From positions 3,782,001-3,846,000 of the forward strand of contig CM120645.1 of NCBI GenBank assembly GCA_051362555.1: a stretch of DNA of 64,000 nt, given 5' to 3'. Shown in pieces: positions 24,736 to 38,900 of the stretch. Position 1 is the first letter of the stretch. Each line of letters opens with the position of its first letter. Position numbers and translations under genes: made by a program. Under the pieces are notes generated by a model. That model ran no database searches. It was not told the origin of the DNA and saw only the letters and a program-made list of their open reading frames with translations. This stretch comes from Lingula anatina. Taxonomy: Eukaryota; Animalia; Brachiopoda.

Positions 24736-26928
24736 CATGAAGATAAAAATGTGATTTTATGTACAAAGACAAATACTTGATATTGCTGAATAGTTTTGCC
24801 TATATGCTGACTGAACAGCATCATAATCGTATATACATGTGTACGTAGTCCTTGAAATCAGAAAATCTTTAGTAAAAAAAACTCCATCCTGATTTAATGT
24901 CATTAGGTTTAGAGGTTTCATCTTGTTAGCTTTAGTCTTAGTTCTGGAGAATTGTATATTTGTTTAACATAGTGTTTGTTGCATTTTTGAGATCATTTGC
25001 ATTAAGCTAAATGAAATGTACGCTTAAGGATTAAATATAAAATTATTTATTTACTTCTCATTTTACATTTTTGTCTGTGCTCTTGTTACATATCTTGAAA
25101 ATAAAGTCACTTTAGAAAATAAAAAAAAACTTTCACATAACACTGGTTCAACTTACTATATAGGGCTTCAGTTGACATCTGCAACAAATGTAATGAGCTG
25201 TTATTAAACAGACAATGGCCATACGCTAATGGTCTGGAAATATTTTCTTACGATTAATCAGATGGCAGAGATTAACCTTTAAGTTAACAAAAATTACCCC
25301 TTCTGCCACTGAAGTATACTTTAATATTTCCTACTACATGAATATGAATGACTCCTTATTTTTGACAATAATAATGAAGCAAGGTGATTGTAAGCACGAG
25401 AAACCCAGAGAAAATTGTCTCTAAGCATTTCAAAGTGAAAGGATTAAATATATTATATTATTTAGATTTAATTTTTTTTAAAGAATATGCTTAGGCATAC
25501 ATTGTTCTCAATAGCTTGCTTGCTGTTAAACTATCTCTTAAAAAGTTCACTCTTGAGGTGGAATGACCTTGCTAGTGAAATTAAGCCATTTTCTCCAACA
25601 GTCAACTGATCAAAACAACACGATACTTTAAGACAATAAATACTTTTTGATATTTGTCAACACTGAAACAACATAAAGTGCCTCTACAATATAACTAACT
25701 TGTATCACATGTCACTAGCCATTACACATGATACTTCATTAATTTTGTTACAGTATTTTTTATTCCAATTACTCAAAATAGATACCGGCGTTAAATCATG
25801 CAATCATTTAAATTTCAAACAAAGCTCAACTCAGTTGTATCTTAAGGGGTGATAACTCTTCTTTTGGTGGGGAAAATGCCATAAAAAGGAAAATACCTTT
25901 GGATAGTGTTTTGAAAAAGTTAACATGCAATAGAGTATTTTTGACCCAATATTTAGCCCCAACAATTTAAATGGCTCTAATTTGGTCATTAAATATCTTG
26001 TGGTGAGAAATAAACTATGTAGTTTTGAAACATTAAAATGATTATAATTATATATGATGACATGAGAACAACAAAACATGAAAAAGGAATGTTTAAGCTT
26101 AACAAATTTCAGTTGTTACATGTTCAGAGCATGCACAAAATATTCTTAAAGTGATAATAACTCTTCGTTTCGGCCAAAAAATGAATTTTCCTGGAGTAAA
26201 CAACAATTTTCCCATACTTACCAATGGTTAATGAATCCATTTTTACATTCAAACTTAGTCCCTGGTTTTTTTTCTAAAAAGTTTGGTTTTTTGTTAAAAT
26301 CTCTTAAGAGATTTTAACAGAGTATAGCCATCAATGGAGGTCACGTGGTCTAAAGACAAGCTCAGATATCAGAATAATAGCTATAACAGCCGTTTTTGTG
26401 GGAAAACAGAATATATTATATTTTTATGAGTCACTCACAATGTTTTTATTGTGAAATACAGATTTCATGCACAGAGTTATTATCCCTTTAATCTTCAACT
26501 TATTCTAAGACTTAATCTTTCAAAGGTACAGTTACTATAACGATTCTGTAATGAACATCACAGCCCTTTGAGTAGATACATTACTTAATTCAATTTACAC
26601 AACAACCATATCTATGCCATCATACTGTGACAATAACAATAACAATGACTATAAGATTGTAGAGTTTCATCTCATTAGGTCTCCACACACCTTATCACTG
26701 TCATCATTACTCTCCACTGGTAAAACAGAAATACAAAACAATATTATTTATTTTAAAACCTTACTATTAATACTGGGACCCAAACGTGACAATGTTTTAA
26801 AAATCATTCTTAAAAAAAAAAAAAAAACTAGTTAGGAGTAACAAAGCAGTAAAGTAATTTTGTGGGGAGTAATGATGCTGGGATATTAGTGATAACCCCA
26901 CATATAGAACCCTACACCAACTGCTTTA

Positions 26929-29900
26929 TCACTCAGGAGAGTCTAAATCCGAGTCCCGTCCATCCCTGTTTAGGCCCCGTATGTGGACATACTGGACACT
27001 CTTTTCATAATAAGCAACAGGTGCTCCCCGTCCACACCATGGCCTGGCAAACAGCCCCTCCATCTCTTCCAGGCTCTTCCCCTTGGTCTCTGGCAGAAGG
27101 ATTAGCAGGAATATAAAACCTATGGTGCCTAGGCCTGCATACAGCCAGAATGTACCTAGAGAAAGAAGAAGATATTTCAAGAGGGTGCATTTAATTAATT
27201 TATGAGAATGCATTTAAGTAAGTGGGTGGAAAAATGGGCTACTGTTAAAGCATTCTGTATGTGATCATAAGAAGACAAGGAAAACCAGCTTGAAATTGAG
27301 GTATACTAAAGTTTATTGACAACTGTGGAGTCGGTCGCTGTCTCAAGTTTCCACAACACATGTAACAAAAGTAGATGATATTAATGTTGCACCAACTCAT
27401 TGCATACTTTGATGAAAATGATGGGTGATTGAGACATTATATAAAAATAGGGTAGGGGTGTGAAAGGTAGATATGATGTTTTGAAATAATGGCAGGATGG
27501 GGATAGATATGTGTATATTTCAAAACTGAAAGTTGTCTTTTTTCATTCTTTGGTTGAGAATTGGTATAATAAAACGGCGCACATTACTTCAGGGACTGTG
27601 TGGAATAGTGCCCTTTGAGGAGAAATATAAGACCATGACTATGTACTGTTTGTCTAATATAATTACAATATGACAAATTGAAAGTGGGTTGGAAAGTGGC
27701 ATGTTTCTACGTCAATGCAGGAAACATATCAGGACAAAATTCAATATTTTCCGAAGTTAGAGTAATTTTAGGTGTCACTTTATCATATTATAACAACATT
27801 ATTAGACAAAGAGATGTTTTGTCACAGACACTTCTCAAGTATGCAAAGAAATGTTGCTGAAATTACACACGAACAACATGAGCAAGTTAAATGTTGCCTT
27901 CATAACTTCTATTCCAGACAAGAAAAAAAATGCTGTAAGTAAAATAATAATATAATCACACATTTAATTTATATTTGAAAATCAAACAACTAATACATTA
28001 AAAAAGAGAAAGATCTGACTTTAAAATCATGTGCCTTATTTATATCAGTCTGTACAGTATCTGTCATACAATGATCAATGTAAATTATTCATCCTTCTGT
28101 AATCACCTGCCAATGAAAAAGATTGTTTTTATCAAAACTGCTTCATTTTGTTTGTTAGTGGGCAAGATATCTTTAAAAGTTCTTTACATTTAGATGAAAT
28201 ATTTACGAAAGACAATTATTGAGGCGTAAAAAGTTCTTCAACAGAATCTAGATATAATATTTCTGAAAAAATCTATGGCTTTTTTCCATGGCAGGAGATG
28301 GCCTTGCTCTAGGAGTCCCTCTAGTTATCATGATGATCATTATTATCAAGAAAGTTTTGTCACAGAAAAAACTATCAGCAAAGAATGCAGCTGAAAACAC
28401 AAATGATACTGCTCTTTCAGACCTTACCATATCTGGTCAAAGATTCAGTCAGTGTCAGAAACGTCATGGAGACCAGAAGATTGCAGGTCCAATTCCAGAA
28501 GGTGGCAGCAGCGTTGCCAGTGCTCCTGGCCCACAGTGGGTAGATCTCAGAGTTGATTGTCCATGGCATGGGCCCCATACCTGGATATAAGAGGACGGAA
28601 ATCTGGATAAGTAATGGTCATGATTCCTATATCATTGCACACAGGATAGCTCAAATACAATTTGTGGTGTTTTTTATAAAAGCATTTTTGTTATGTTTGA
28701 AAGAAAGATAAAAAAAACCTGGGAAAAGAAGCATATGAAAATTTTCAAGGTCACTCAGTAGCTATGTTGTCTATGCCCCTTACAGCTTGAGTGGGCAGTG
28801 TCACCATCTTCTTGTAGATATAGTTACAAATAAGCATCATGTTCAGCTATAAATCAGTTTCAAATGGTGACAAAATGAATGATTTTAAAACCTTCACTGT
28901 TTCTGCCAAGGCCCTCATCCGACATTACCAGTAAAATTATGTCTTGAAAACACAAATAAGCACAACAATGTTGATATGAAAGTAAAATACATGCAAAAAA
29001 AAAAAACTATAGTATTACGTAAAAGTAATGTGATCATGCTGATCAACTTCAAGAAGAAACTATCTCTTTAGAAAACAACAAATACCTACAGTTTGGTAGT
29101 TATAGCAAGAGAAATGTGGAAATACACAAAAAGAAACACAAAAAATCAATAACTTTTGTATTCATAATATTCTCACACTGATATTCAAAAGGAATATGTG
29201 TTTTTACTAAACAAAGCCACCCAATATATTTGAAGTAAAAATAAAGTATGGGATGGCACAAATAGGGTGAACAGAAAAAAGCACAAAAAAATCAATAACT
29301 TTTGTCAAAGTAAGACAATCATGCTGGATTTCAAGAGGCAGCTGTCTATTCACCAAACAAAGTCAGTCAGTAAATCGTGATTTATAAAAATATAGTTTGG
29401 CAGTTATAAGGTGAACAACGTATGTGTCAGACAGTGAGGGTGTGAACAGACACAGTGATCAGAATATATACAAATATATAAATATAAATATAAAATGTAG
29501 GTCATCATCAGGTCTCAGTGTCAATTTCTGATTTAAACAATCACTTCTGACAAAGTGACCTAGTGAGAAAATCATTCAATATTTTTATCTGGCAATGTAC
29601 AGTGACAAAATTTGCAGCAGGTTGAATTTCATGGTTCTAAGGCGCAATCATATTGCAGATAAGTCCCTTCTTCTTGATCCAATTTTGTCACCCTGATTTT
29701 CAGAAATTTCCTAACACTCAATCAAGTCATCTGCATGCCATTTCTGATATCAGCAGTGTGATCAGCACCAGACATGTACATGTATAATTGTGCCAAGATG
29801 ACAATGCACCAAATAGAGTGGGCCTATCTGCAGTGTGAATGTGACTCAAAACTACTTACCTGGGGCAAAGAAGACCAAATATGACACCAGTCCTACCATG

Positions 29901-32900
29901 GCCATCCATGAAAAAGAGGTTGGGCAGTAGTCATATGCCCAGGCCACAGAACCTGCATTGGAAAGAGTTATAGTCTTCATGCAAGATAAAGTACAAAAGA
30001 TTTTGCACTTTGGCACATAAGGTAGCAGTTAGCATTTGGTCTTGTAATTCCATAACAACAAAACTCGACAAATGAAATGTTTCATAATATCATAAAATCC
30101 AGGGTTAAAGGCTACCAAAGCTGATGTCTTATTCTATTGTTAAGTTCACATTTTTATTCTTAGACTCTGTCACTCTGGCCCCCCTACCCCATGCCTCTCC
30201 TTAATCAAAATCCTATATGTGAGACTACCACTGCACTATAGCATTGTGTACCTGGAAGGCTAGTGCTGTTACACCTGCCATACAGTGAAGTTAGTGGGTC
30301 ATCATAGCTTGTGGCCAGGCAGGAGCCATTCACAGCCGTGTTATTGGCATCGTTGTAGCAGAAACCGCAGCTCAAATCTACCATGCATTGGTCGCAAGTG
30401 CTGAAATATACAGTGAAACATGTTGGTGTGAAGGAGAAAACAGAGGGTACTCAGAAGTTGATCTGCAGACTCACTAAAAAGCAGCGCTAACTAATCCCCT
30501 GATGGCCTCTACGCCTACACAAGCGCCGTCACTGCAGGGGCCTTGCATTTTAACCTCAGAGCCAAGATTTAATCCATTTAAGGGCCAGTTCATGTGGAGG
30601 TGGGGAGACCATCAGGGGATTAAACGGCACTGCTTTTTAGTGGGGTCAGCCATATTTAGTCACCGAATCAGTTAGTCCACGGATTAGTTAGTTCTGAATG
30701 CCCTCATGGCCTCAAATATAACCAGTTTATCACACACTGCTGGTTTCAGATACTAAAATATACAAAGATTTATTTTGTTGTGCTACATGTACAGTGTAAT
30801 AATATTATTATAAGAAAAAGAAAAACTCATTTTAATGAAGTTCATCATGCATGCATTGGTTTCACACACTGAAATCTACTGAGATCTATTTTGGCGTGTT
30901 GTTCACATAACTGTAGCGGAAATCACACTTCAAGTTTCAAATTAGCACATTCTTGTTACAAGTAATGAAATTCACATAGATCCACATCCCTGTGTTATTA
31001 TCACTGCAGTGGGAGAAACTAAAATTCAAGTCAATCATTCACTGAAAGCATGAAATATATCTCAAGTCCTAAACCCGTTTACATAAGAGCACAATTAGAA
31101 CAGCGGACAAGCAGATCTGCAGATCAAATATGGCAATCCACTACATTAAAAAAAAGCTTGCTGCATAATTCAGGATTAGACACTGAATAGATTTCCTGCA
31201 GGGATTACGCAACAAGCATTCATTGACAAGTGGGTCGGCCATATTTGATCCATGGATCTGTTAGTCCCCTGTTCTGAATGCGCTCCAAGGGAACCTCCTG
31301 GGTCTGGGGTATTCTCCAATACCTGTGCTGATTACATGGGTTCACAGCTTCCACCACTGTAATGGGAGGGGAGTGGAGGGCATTCAGCTGGAACCCAATG
31401 GCAAGCCAAGCCAGACTGACTATAGCACCTAGAAGAAAAAATTAACAAAGTTATAATTTTAGATGCCATGAGTAAGTGAGACAGTTATTGACGGAGAGAG
31501 TTGTCTGGAAACAAGAAAAAAAATCAGTCTTGGGTATAATAATGAAAAGGATCCAGGGGCCTACAACCTAAAGTCCATATTTTGCTTTAGATCTTGATCA
31601 CTAACCATAAAAATTATGTCTAGAAATACAATCATCATAACTAAATTTTGGTCCCTTTTAGTGTTGTAATCCACCAAACAAGTTTTGTATTTCTTTTATT
31701 AAACAATTTTTTTGAAAAAAATTATAAGGTAACATGCATCACTCTTAGACTATACTTATTTCAATAATTGACTCTTTTGATGGAGCTGGGTACCTTATTT
31801 TTCAAAGGAAGTAGCTCTAAATGCACTCTGTAGATGTATATAATAAACAATCACACCTAAATGCATTTAAAAGTGAAGAAATGGCCCCTTTTTTAGAACA
31901 AGGCAGCAAAGCTGTCAAATGTACAGACAAAAAGCAGGAAATAACTATGCACAAAATAGGCTACTGTCAATTCTGATGCAAAAGTACATTATGTTAAACT
32001 GTAAATTCAACATCAATTTTTAATTATGCTCAACAGGAAATACCAATGAAAGTAAAATGTGTAACAAGCATAAGGCTTCAGGCCCATGAGAGTTCAAGTT
32101 CACACTTTGAAAATGTATAACTTCCAGAAAAAGAAGCCAATTAGACTGCTTTTCCAACTCAGGCTGCATGCCGATTTTCGAACTTGACCTCCGTTTTAGT
32201 AAGATCGATTACTCCTGAGAGTTTCACGACAACAGGCCTATCGGTTTTCCTTGAAATGTGTTTACAGTGTTGCATATATGTTGAAAAGTGAAAGAAAAAA
32301 GCATAACTTCTACAATAATGGCCCGATCATCCTGTTTTTTGAACTTGACCTGGGTTTTATGAATATTCATCAGCTCTTTAAATATAAAGCCCAAAAGTAA
32401 AACTGCCTTCCACTTATCGTGTTTACAATAAAAGTGCAAGGTACATCTGTACATATTTACTGTACTGTTTGAGAACAGTAAGTGACATGGTTTTTCTTAA
32501 ATGGTCATCATGGGAGCAGTGCCCAAAATAGGTTTTTTTCAAATTTTGACGCAATATTACATAATGTTTAACAGCATAATGACCATCAATTTTTAAGAAT
32601 AAAATATTAGTATCATGGATATTCAGAAAATGTGACTAGCAAAGGTCTTCAGGCCCATGGAACTTCAAAGCCACAACTTGAAAATGCCAAAATGTAAACA
32701 AGACAGCACTGTTCTGAAATGGGTTTATTTCCATTTGTAACAATTTTTAACATAAAACAAAATGAACAGTTTACTGCCATTTTTATATGATCAACTAAGA
32801 AAATTGATGAGATTGGAAAAATATCAATATAACAGTGTTAAATGTCCAATTTCCTCCTTTCTGAGATTCTGAACATAGTGGATGATTGAATCTGACAAAC

Positions 32901-35900
32901 TGCAATGATATGAGTTTATTTCCATTTTTGACACTTTATTACACAATACACGATAAAAAGTTTACCATCATTTTTACATAATCAACTAACAATGTTGTAA
33001 AGATGCAGGAAATGTCAAACAATCACTTTTACGTATCTTATTAGTTTAATAATGAGACTGTTAACATGCCTAAGAATTGAATCTGAGGAAATGTAAAAAA
33101 ACAGCACACCTTCTAAAATAATGGCACGATTATGCTGATTTACGTACTCAACCTGCATTTTAGTTAAATTGACCACTCCTGTGACTTTCATGACAATTGG
33201 CCTATCTGTTTTTCTTATATTGTGTTTACAGTGTTGCATATATGCTGAAAAAAGAAAAAAAAGCATAACTACTAAAATAGTGGCCCGATCATGCCAATTT
33301 TCGAACTTGACCTGCGTTTTAGTAAGATCAATTTTTCCTGTGAGTTTCATGACAACAGGCCTATCGGTTTTTGTTGAAATGTGTTTACAGTGTTGCATAT
33401 ATGCTGAAAAGTGAAAAAACAGCATAACTTCTACAATAATGGCCCGATAATGCTGATTTTCGAACTTGACCTGCATTTTATGAATATTCATCAGCTCTGT
33501 AAATATAAAGCCAAAAAGTAAAACTGCCTTCCACTTATCGTGTTTACAAGGAAAGTGCACGGCAACGACGGCGACGGCGACGACAGTCGCAGGTGATGGC
33601 AATATGTACAGACACATCTATATATATTTACTGTACTGTTTGAGAACATGGTTTTTCTTAAATGGTCATCATGGGAGCAGTGCCCAAAATAGGTTTTTTT
33701 CAAATTTTGATGCAATATTACATAATGTTTAACAGCATGATGACCATCAATTTTTAAGAATAAAATATTAGTATCATGGATATTCAGAAAATGTGACTAG
33801 CAAAGGTCTTCAGGCCCATGGAACTTCAAAGTCACAACTTGAAAATGCCAAAATGTAAACAAGACAGCACTGTTCTGAAATGTTTTTTTTTTTCATTTTT
33901 AACAATTTTTAACATAAAACAAAATTAACAGTTTACTGCCATTTTTATATTATCAACTAAGAAAATTGATGAGATGGGAAAAATATCAACAGAGCAGTGT
34001 TAAATGTCCAATTTCTTCCATTCTGAGATTCTGAACATAATGAATGATTGAATCTGACAAACTGCAATGATATGAGTTTATTTCCATTTTTGAAACTTTA
34101 TTACACAATACACGATAACAAGTTTACCATCATTTTTACAAAATCAACTAACAATGTTGTAAAGATGCAGGAAATGTCAAACAAACACTTTTACGTATCT
34201 TATTAGTTTAATAATGAGACTGTTAACATGCCTAAGAATTGAATCTGAGGAAATGTGAAAAATATGCTGAAAAGTGAAAAAACAGCATAACTTCTACAAT
34301 AATGGCCCGATCATGCTGATTTTCGAACTTGACCTGCGTTTTATGAATATTCATCAGCTCTGTAAATATAAAGCCAAAAAGTAAAACTGCCCTCCACTTA
34401 TCGTGTTTACAAGGAAAGTGCACGGCGCCGGCATCGCCATCGCCATCGGCATCGCCATCGCCATCGGCGACGGCGACGACAGACGCAGGTGATGGCAATA
34501 TGTACAGACACATCTGTGTCTGTACATAAAAATGTCTGTGTACATGCTTGCTCAAAAAGGTCATTTCATTTTGGGCCCTGTTCCTGGATTTCAACTTGAG
34601 GCCATATCCCTGACTGACATATCTTAAATGCAAAGTACATGTAGGTCAACCAGTTTGCGTCTTTTTTCCTCACCAAAGTGCCTGTGTGAAACCTCAAATG
34701 TGCCAATTCCATCAGAACAAACACCAAATGAAAGAAACTAGACATGTGAAGTATGCACTGAAGCTCTATAAGCAAGCTTGAGCTCTCTTATTGATTTAGA
34801 AGATTTATAGTCTTGTATTTTGAAATAATGCTGTAGGACCCACACAGTGTAATATGGTAACCAAAGTATAGAAGTCAAACCACAGTGGACTACAGGCACA
34901 TGGACATGATTGAGGGTAGAAATTCAAAATCAAGGCACCCAAGTTTCAGAGGATACCAGAAACACAATTCTCTTCTGTCAGCATACCTATGCTATTTCAA
35001 GTTTTTGAAACTAGAGTATGTAGATGTAATGTGGTAGAAGGCGCCTTTTCATAAATTGCCCTCTGAGGCTCAGGGTACTCATGGGAACTGGTTAAATTCA
35101 AAGTTTAGAATATAAACAGTTGTATTAACTTACTAAAATGGAACAAAGTTGACTGAATACTATTAGGTTTGTCTCTAAAAGTAATGTTTAGCAAGTAATA
35201 CCCAGAAAAAGCTAGGTAAAAAGCTGGAGAACTAGTTTGTTTCAGGCCAGAAAGTATTTTATCATCTGACGATGTCAATTAGTTATGAAACTGACAATGA
35301 GGATTTTTCTTGGTTTCCAGTGTAGAAGCAAATTTAATCAAAATTTTATGTATTTTTTTGAAAGGTTCCTCATGATAACAGACAAGGCTCTATATATTTA
35401 TATCAATTTTGTTACTATCATTATCATTATCAGGACATTAAGTGGGAGGTAAAAAAAGGTGGAGATAACCACAGGCTGGCTTTTAAGACCTTGATAAAGA
35501 CCAGCACCCACAACAATAACAAAAACTCCCACTTGAAAACCAATTTGAAGGAAGTTGAATCAACTGTAAGTGTGTAAGATTCAATACACAGGGCCTAACT
35601 GTATTAAATATCACTCTACTGTTCTGACTTAAAATAACAATGTAAATAGCATTTCAAAGATGAGACAGCGGCCCTCCATCAAAATATTCCCAGTGCACCT
35701 CTAATTAATTTAGTTTTCTCATAGTTGGCAACTCTACTTCCTGTTTAAGCCAAGAATACAACAACCAACATTGATCTTGATTCTACATTCAGAATTGCTG
35801 ATAATTACTTAGTTTGATTAGTTTTCATGGATTATCTAAATGGGATGAGCAAGCACGCTGGCACATCTAGACAAGTCCTGAGATACATGGCTCTATTTGA

Positions 35901-38900
35901 AGTGGTGTTTGGAACTTTCTGTTTAAATTTGTAGAGTTGCATCATTAGTCCAAAGCTTCCTCGGTCCGATACTTTTTATAAAAGCATTTTTTCAGATGTT
36001 CATTGGTCTTTAGTCTCCAGTGCAATTTTGGAAAGAGATAAAGGATTGACTGCATGGTGTTGTTGTTTTAACAAATGTTCCTTTGAATCTATAGCTAGGA
36101 GGTACCCAGACCTAGTTGTAGTGGGCCCTAGTTCATAGCTAGGACCTACCCAGACCTAGTTGTAGTGGGCCCTAGTTCATAGCTAGGACCTACCCAGACC
36201 TAGTTGTAGTGGGCCCTAGTTCATAGCTAGGATGTACCCAGACCTAGTTGTAGTGGGCCCTAGTTCAATGATCCTTGAAACCAATGAAACTTCTCACCAA
36301 TAAATGGTGGGAAAGCCTGTTAAGTGTCTATACTTTACAAACTTATAAACAACAACAAACAATATATGATTATTATCTAGGATACAGACAAAAACATCCT
36401 TACTATGTATTACATGGGGATCAAGTTCTCTAAACACAGTCATAGCTCTACGTACTGGTATGTTATTCATTCATTCGCAAACAACTGGAACTAGAGGATC
36501 AGAGAGGTGATACCGCCTCCAAATATTGTACCACCAGCTGGAGCAAACGCATTCGTATAGACCCCCACATACACAAAATAAGGGACACAGCCACCAGTTT
36601 TGTGCTTGACAAGCTGTAAAAATGCAATCAACAAGAATTTTTTAACTATTGCAAAAAATATATATGGTACAATCAAATTTAAGTTCTTCGTAAGGTAGGT
36701 CAAGGGTCAATTTCAAGGTCACAGTAAATTGCCAGTATATGACTTCCTATTCAAGTTCAAGAGTAACTATGGACCTATCTCTGTCAAGTTTGAAGTTAAA
36801 AGAGAAAGAAATTAGCAGAGTTCAGTTCATGATAAAAAGTAGGTCAAAGGTCAATTTCAAGGTCACACTTAGATTGCCAGTATAGGACTTCCTATTCAAC
36901 TTCAATAGTAACTATGGACCTATCTCAGCCAGTTTTGGAGATAAAAGGAAAGCAAAATTTGCAAAATTCAGTTCATGGTGTAAAGTGGGTCAAAGGTCAA
37001 TTTTAAGGTCACATTTAGATTGCCAGTATATGACTTCCTTTTCAAGTTCAATAGTAACTATGGACCTATCTCTGCCAGTTTTGGAGATAAAAGGGCAGAA
37101 AAGTTTGCAAAGTTCAGTTCATGGTGAAAAGTAGGTCAAAGGTCAATTTTAAGGTCACATTTAGATTGCCAGTATATGACTTCCTATTCAACTTCAATAG
37201 TAACAATGGACCTATCTCTGCCAGTTTTGGAGATAAAAGGGAAGAAAAATTTGCAAAGTTCAGTTCATGGTAAAAAGTAGGTCAAAGGTCAATTTTAAGG
37301 TCACATTTAGATTGCCAGTATATGACTTCCTATTCAAGTTCAATAGTAACTATGGACCTATCTCTGCCAGTTTTGGAGATAAAAGGGAAGCAAATTTTGC
37401 AAAGTTCAGTTTATGGTGAAAAGTAGGTCAAAGGTCAATTTTAAGGTCACATTTAGATTGCCAGTATAAGACTTCCTATTCAAGTTCAATAGTAACTACG
37501 GACCTATCTCAGCCAGTTTTGGAGATAAAAGGAAAGCAAAATTTGCAAAATTCAGTTCATGGTGAAAAGAAGGTCAAAGGTAAATTTTAATGTCACATAT
37601 AGATTGCCAGTATATGACTTCCTATTCAAGTTCAATAGTAACTTCGGACCTATCTCTGCCAGTTTTGGAGATAAAAGGAAAGCAAAATTTGCAAAATTCA
37701 GTTCATGGTGTAAAGTAGGTCAAAGGTCAATTTTAAGGTCACATTTAGATTGCCAGTATATGACTTCCTATTCAACTTCAATAGTAACTATGGACCTATC
37801 TCTGCCAGTTTTGGAGATATAAGGGACTAGATGTTATAATTTTGGAGTTACCATAATGTGCCTTAAATTTCGTACAGAAAAAATTAATTAAAATAAAGAA
37901 AATGTCATTTTGGTCAAAATTCTTGAAATAGGAGGTGCTCTGAAGTTTCAGAAGTTCAAATTTGATGAAATAATGTCATTTTTGAACACAAGTTGTCTGC
38001 TTTGCCAAGCCTTATGTTTTATTTTTCCAGAGTTCAAAATTTATTATCCATTACCGTACTGCACATTTTGCTTTTACCACCAATATGTACTTTTTGATAC
38101 AGCGTAACTCGAAAACCGTATGGAATACAAAAAAACCGAGACCACCTTCAGTGTTGGGCTTTACATGCTCTACAAAATGCAAAAAAGAATGGGTCTCTAG
38201 CATTAACGGTTCCCGAATTAGAGACAGTTTTCAGTTTCGGTATCTTATGGCCGCTACTCCCGTGAAAATGCACCGATTGACCCCAAATTCATGGAGATGA
38301 AAGATGACCTGAAGGGTAACACTTTCCAATAATATTATTGGTTAAGTCTGTGTGGTGTCTGAATAACAGGGCAAAAAAAAATTTTTCGTAAAAAATTTCA
38401 TTTTTTTGAAAATTTTGGCCCATTTGACCTTGAAGTAGAGGTCAAAGGTCAAATCCAAGGGTATATTTGAAATCTACACATATGACTTTTGGAAAGCCGT
38501 CTATAGAAATTTTTCCCATAACTCCTTCCGTAGGGTAGATAATTAGCATTTAATTTTGCCATTTTTAGACAAGGGTGCATTGCAATGAGTGCCACACCCA
38601 GACCCCAATACTGACAAAGCCCAAATTTTACGTGGAACGAGTTGAGATTATAGGTGACCTAAATCCATGAGATGGGTACGGGGGCCCTTACCGTCTAGGA
38701 GGAGAAGCGGTAACGGTAGCCGTCCGGCGGAGCCGGCGGAGCCAACGGAGCCGGCGGAACGATCCGGACGGGACCGAAACCATGTGTACCGCCAGCGCTA
38801 ACGCTGGTGGTACAATTAAAGGCTGAAATATGCAGAGCAGCTAGAAAAGACACCAATGTATGGAGTCAATATTCCTGAGGCATGCACACAAATCTCCATC

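Noticed and set aside
36091-36268. Regular 44-bp repeats as a possible CRISPR array
   Set aside because: Units are contiguous with no unique spacers, the context is a eukaryotic intron, and there are no cas genes.
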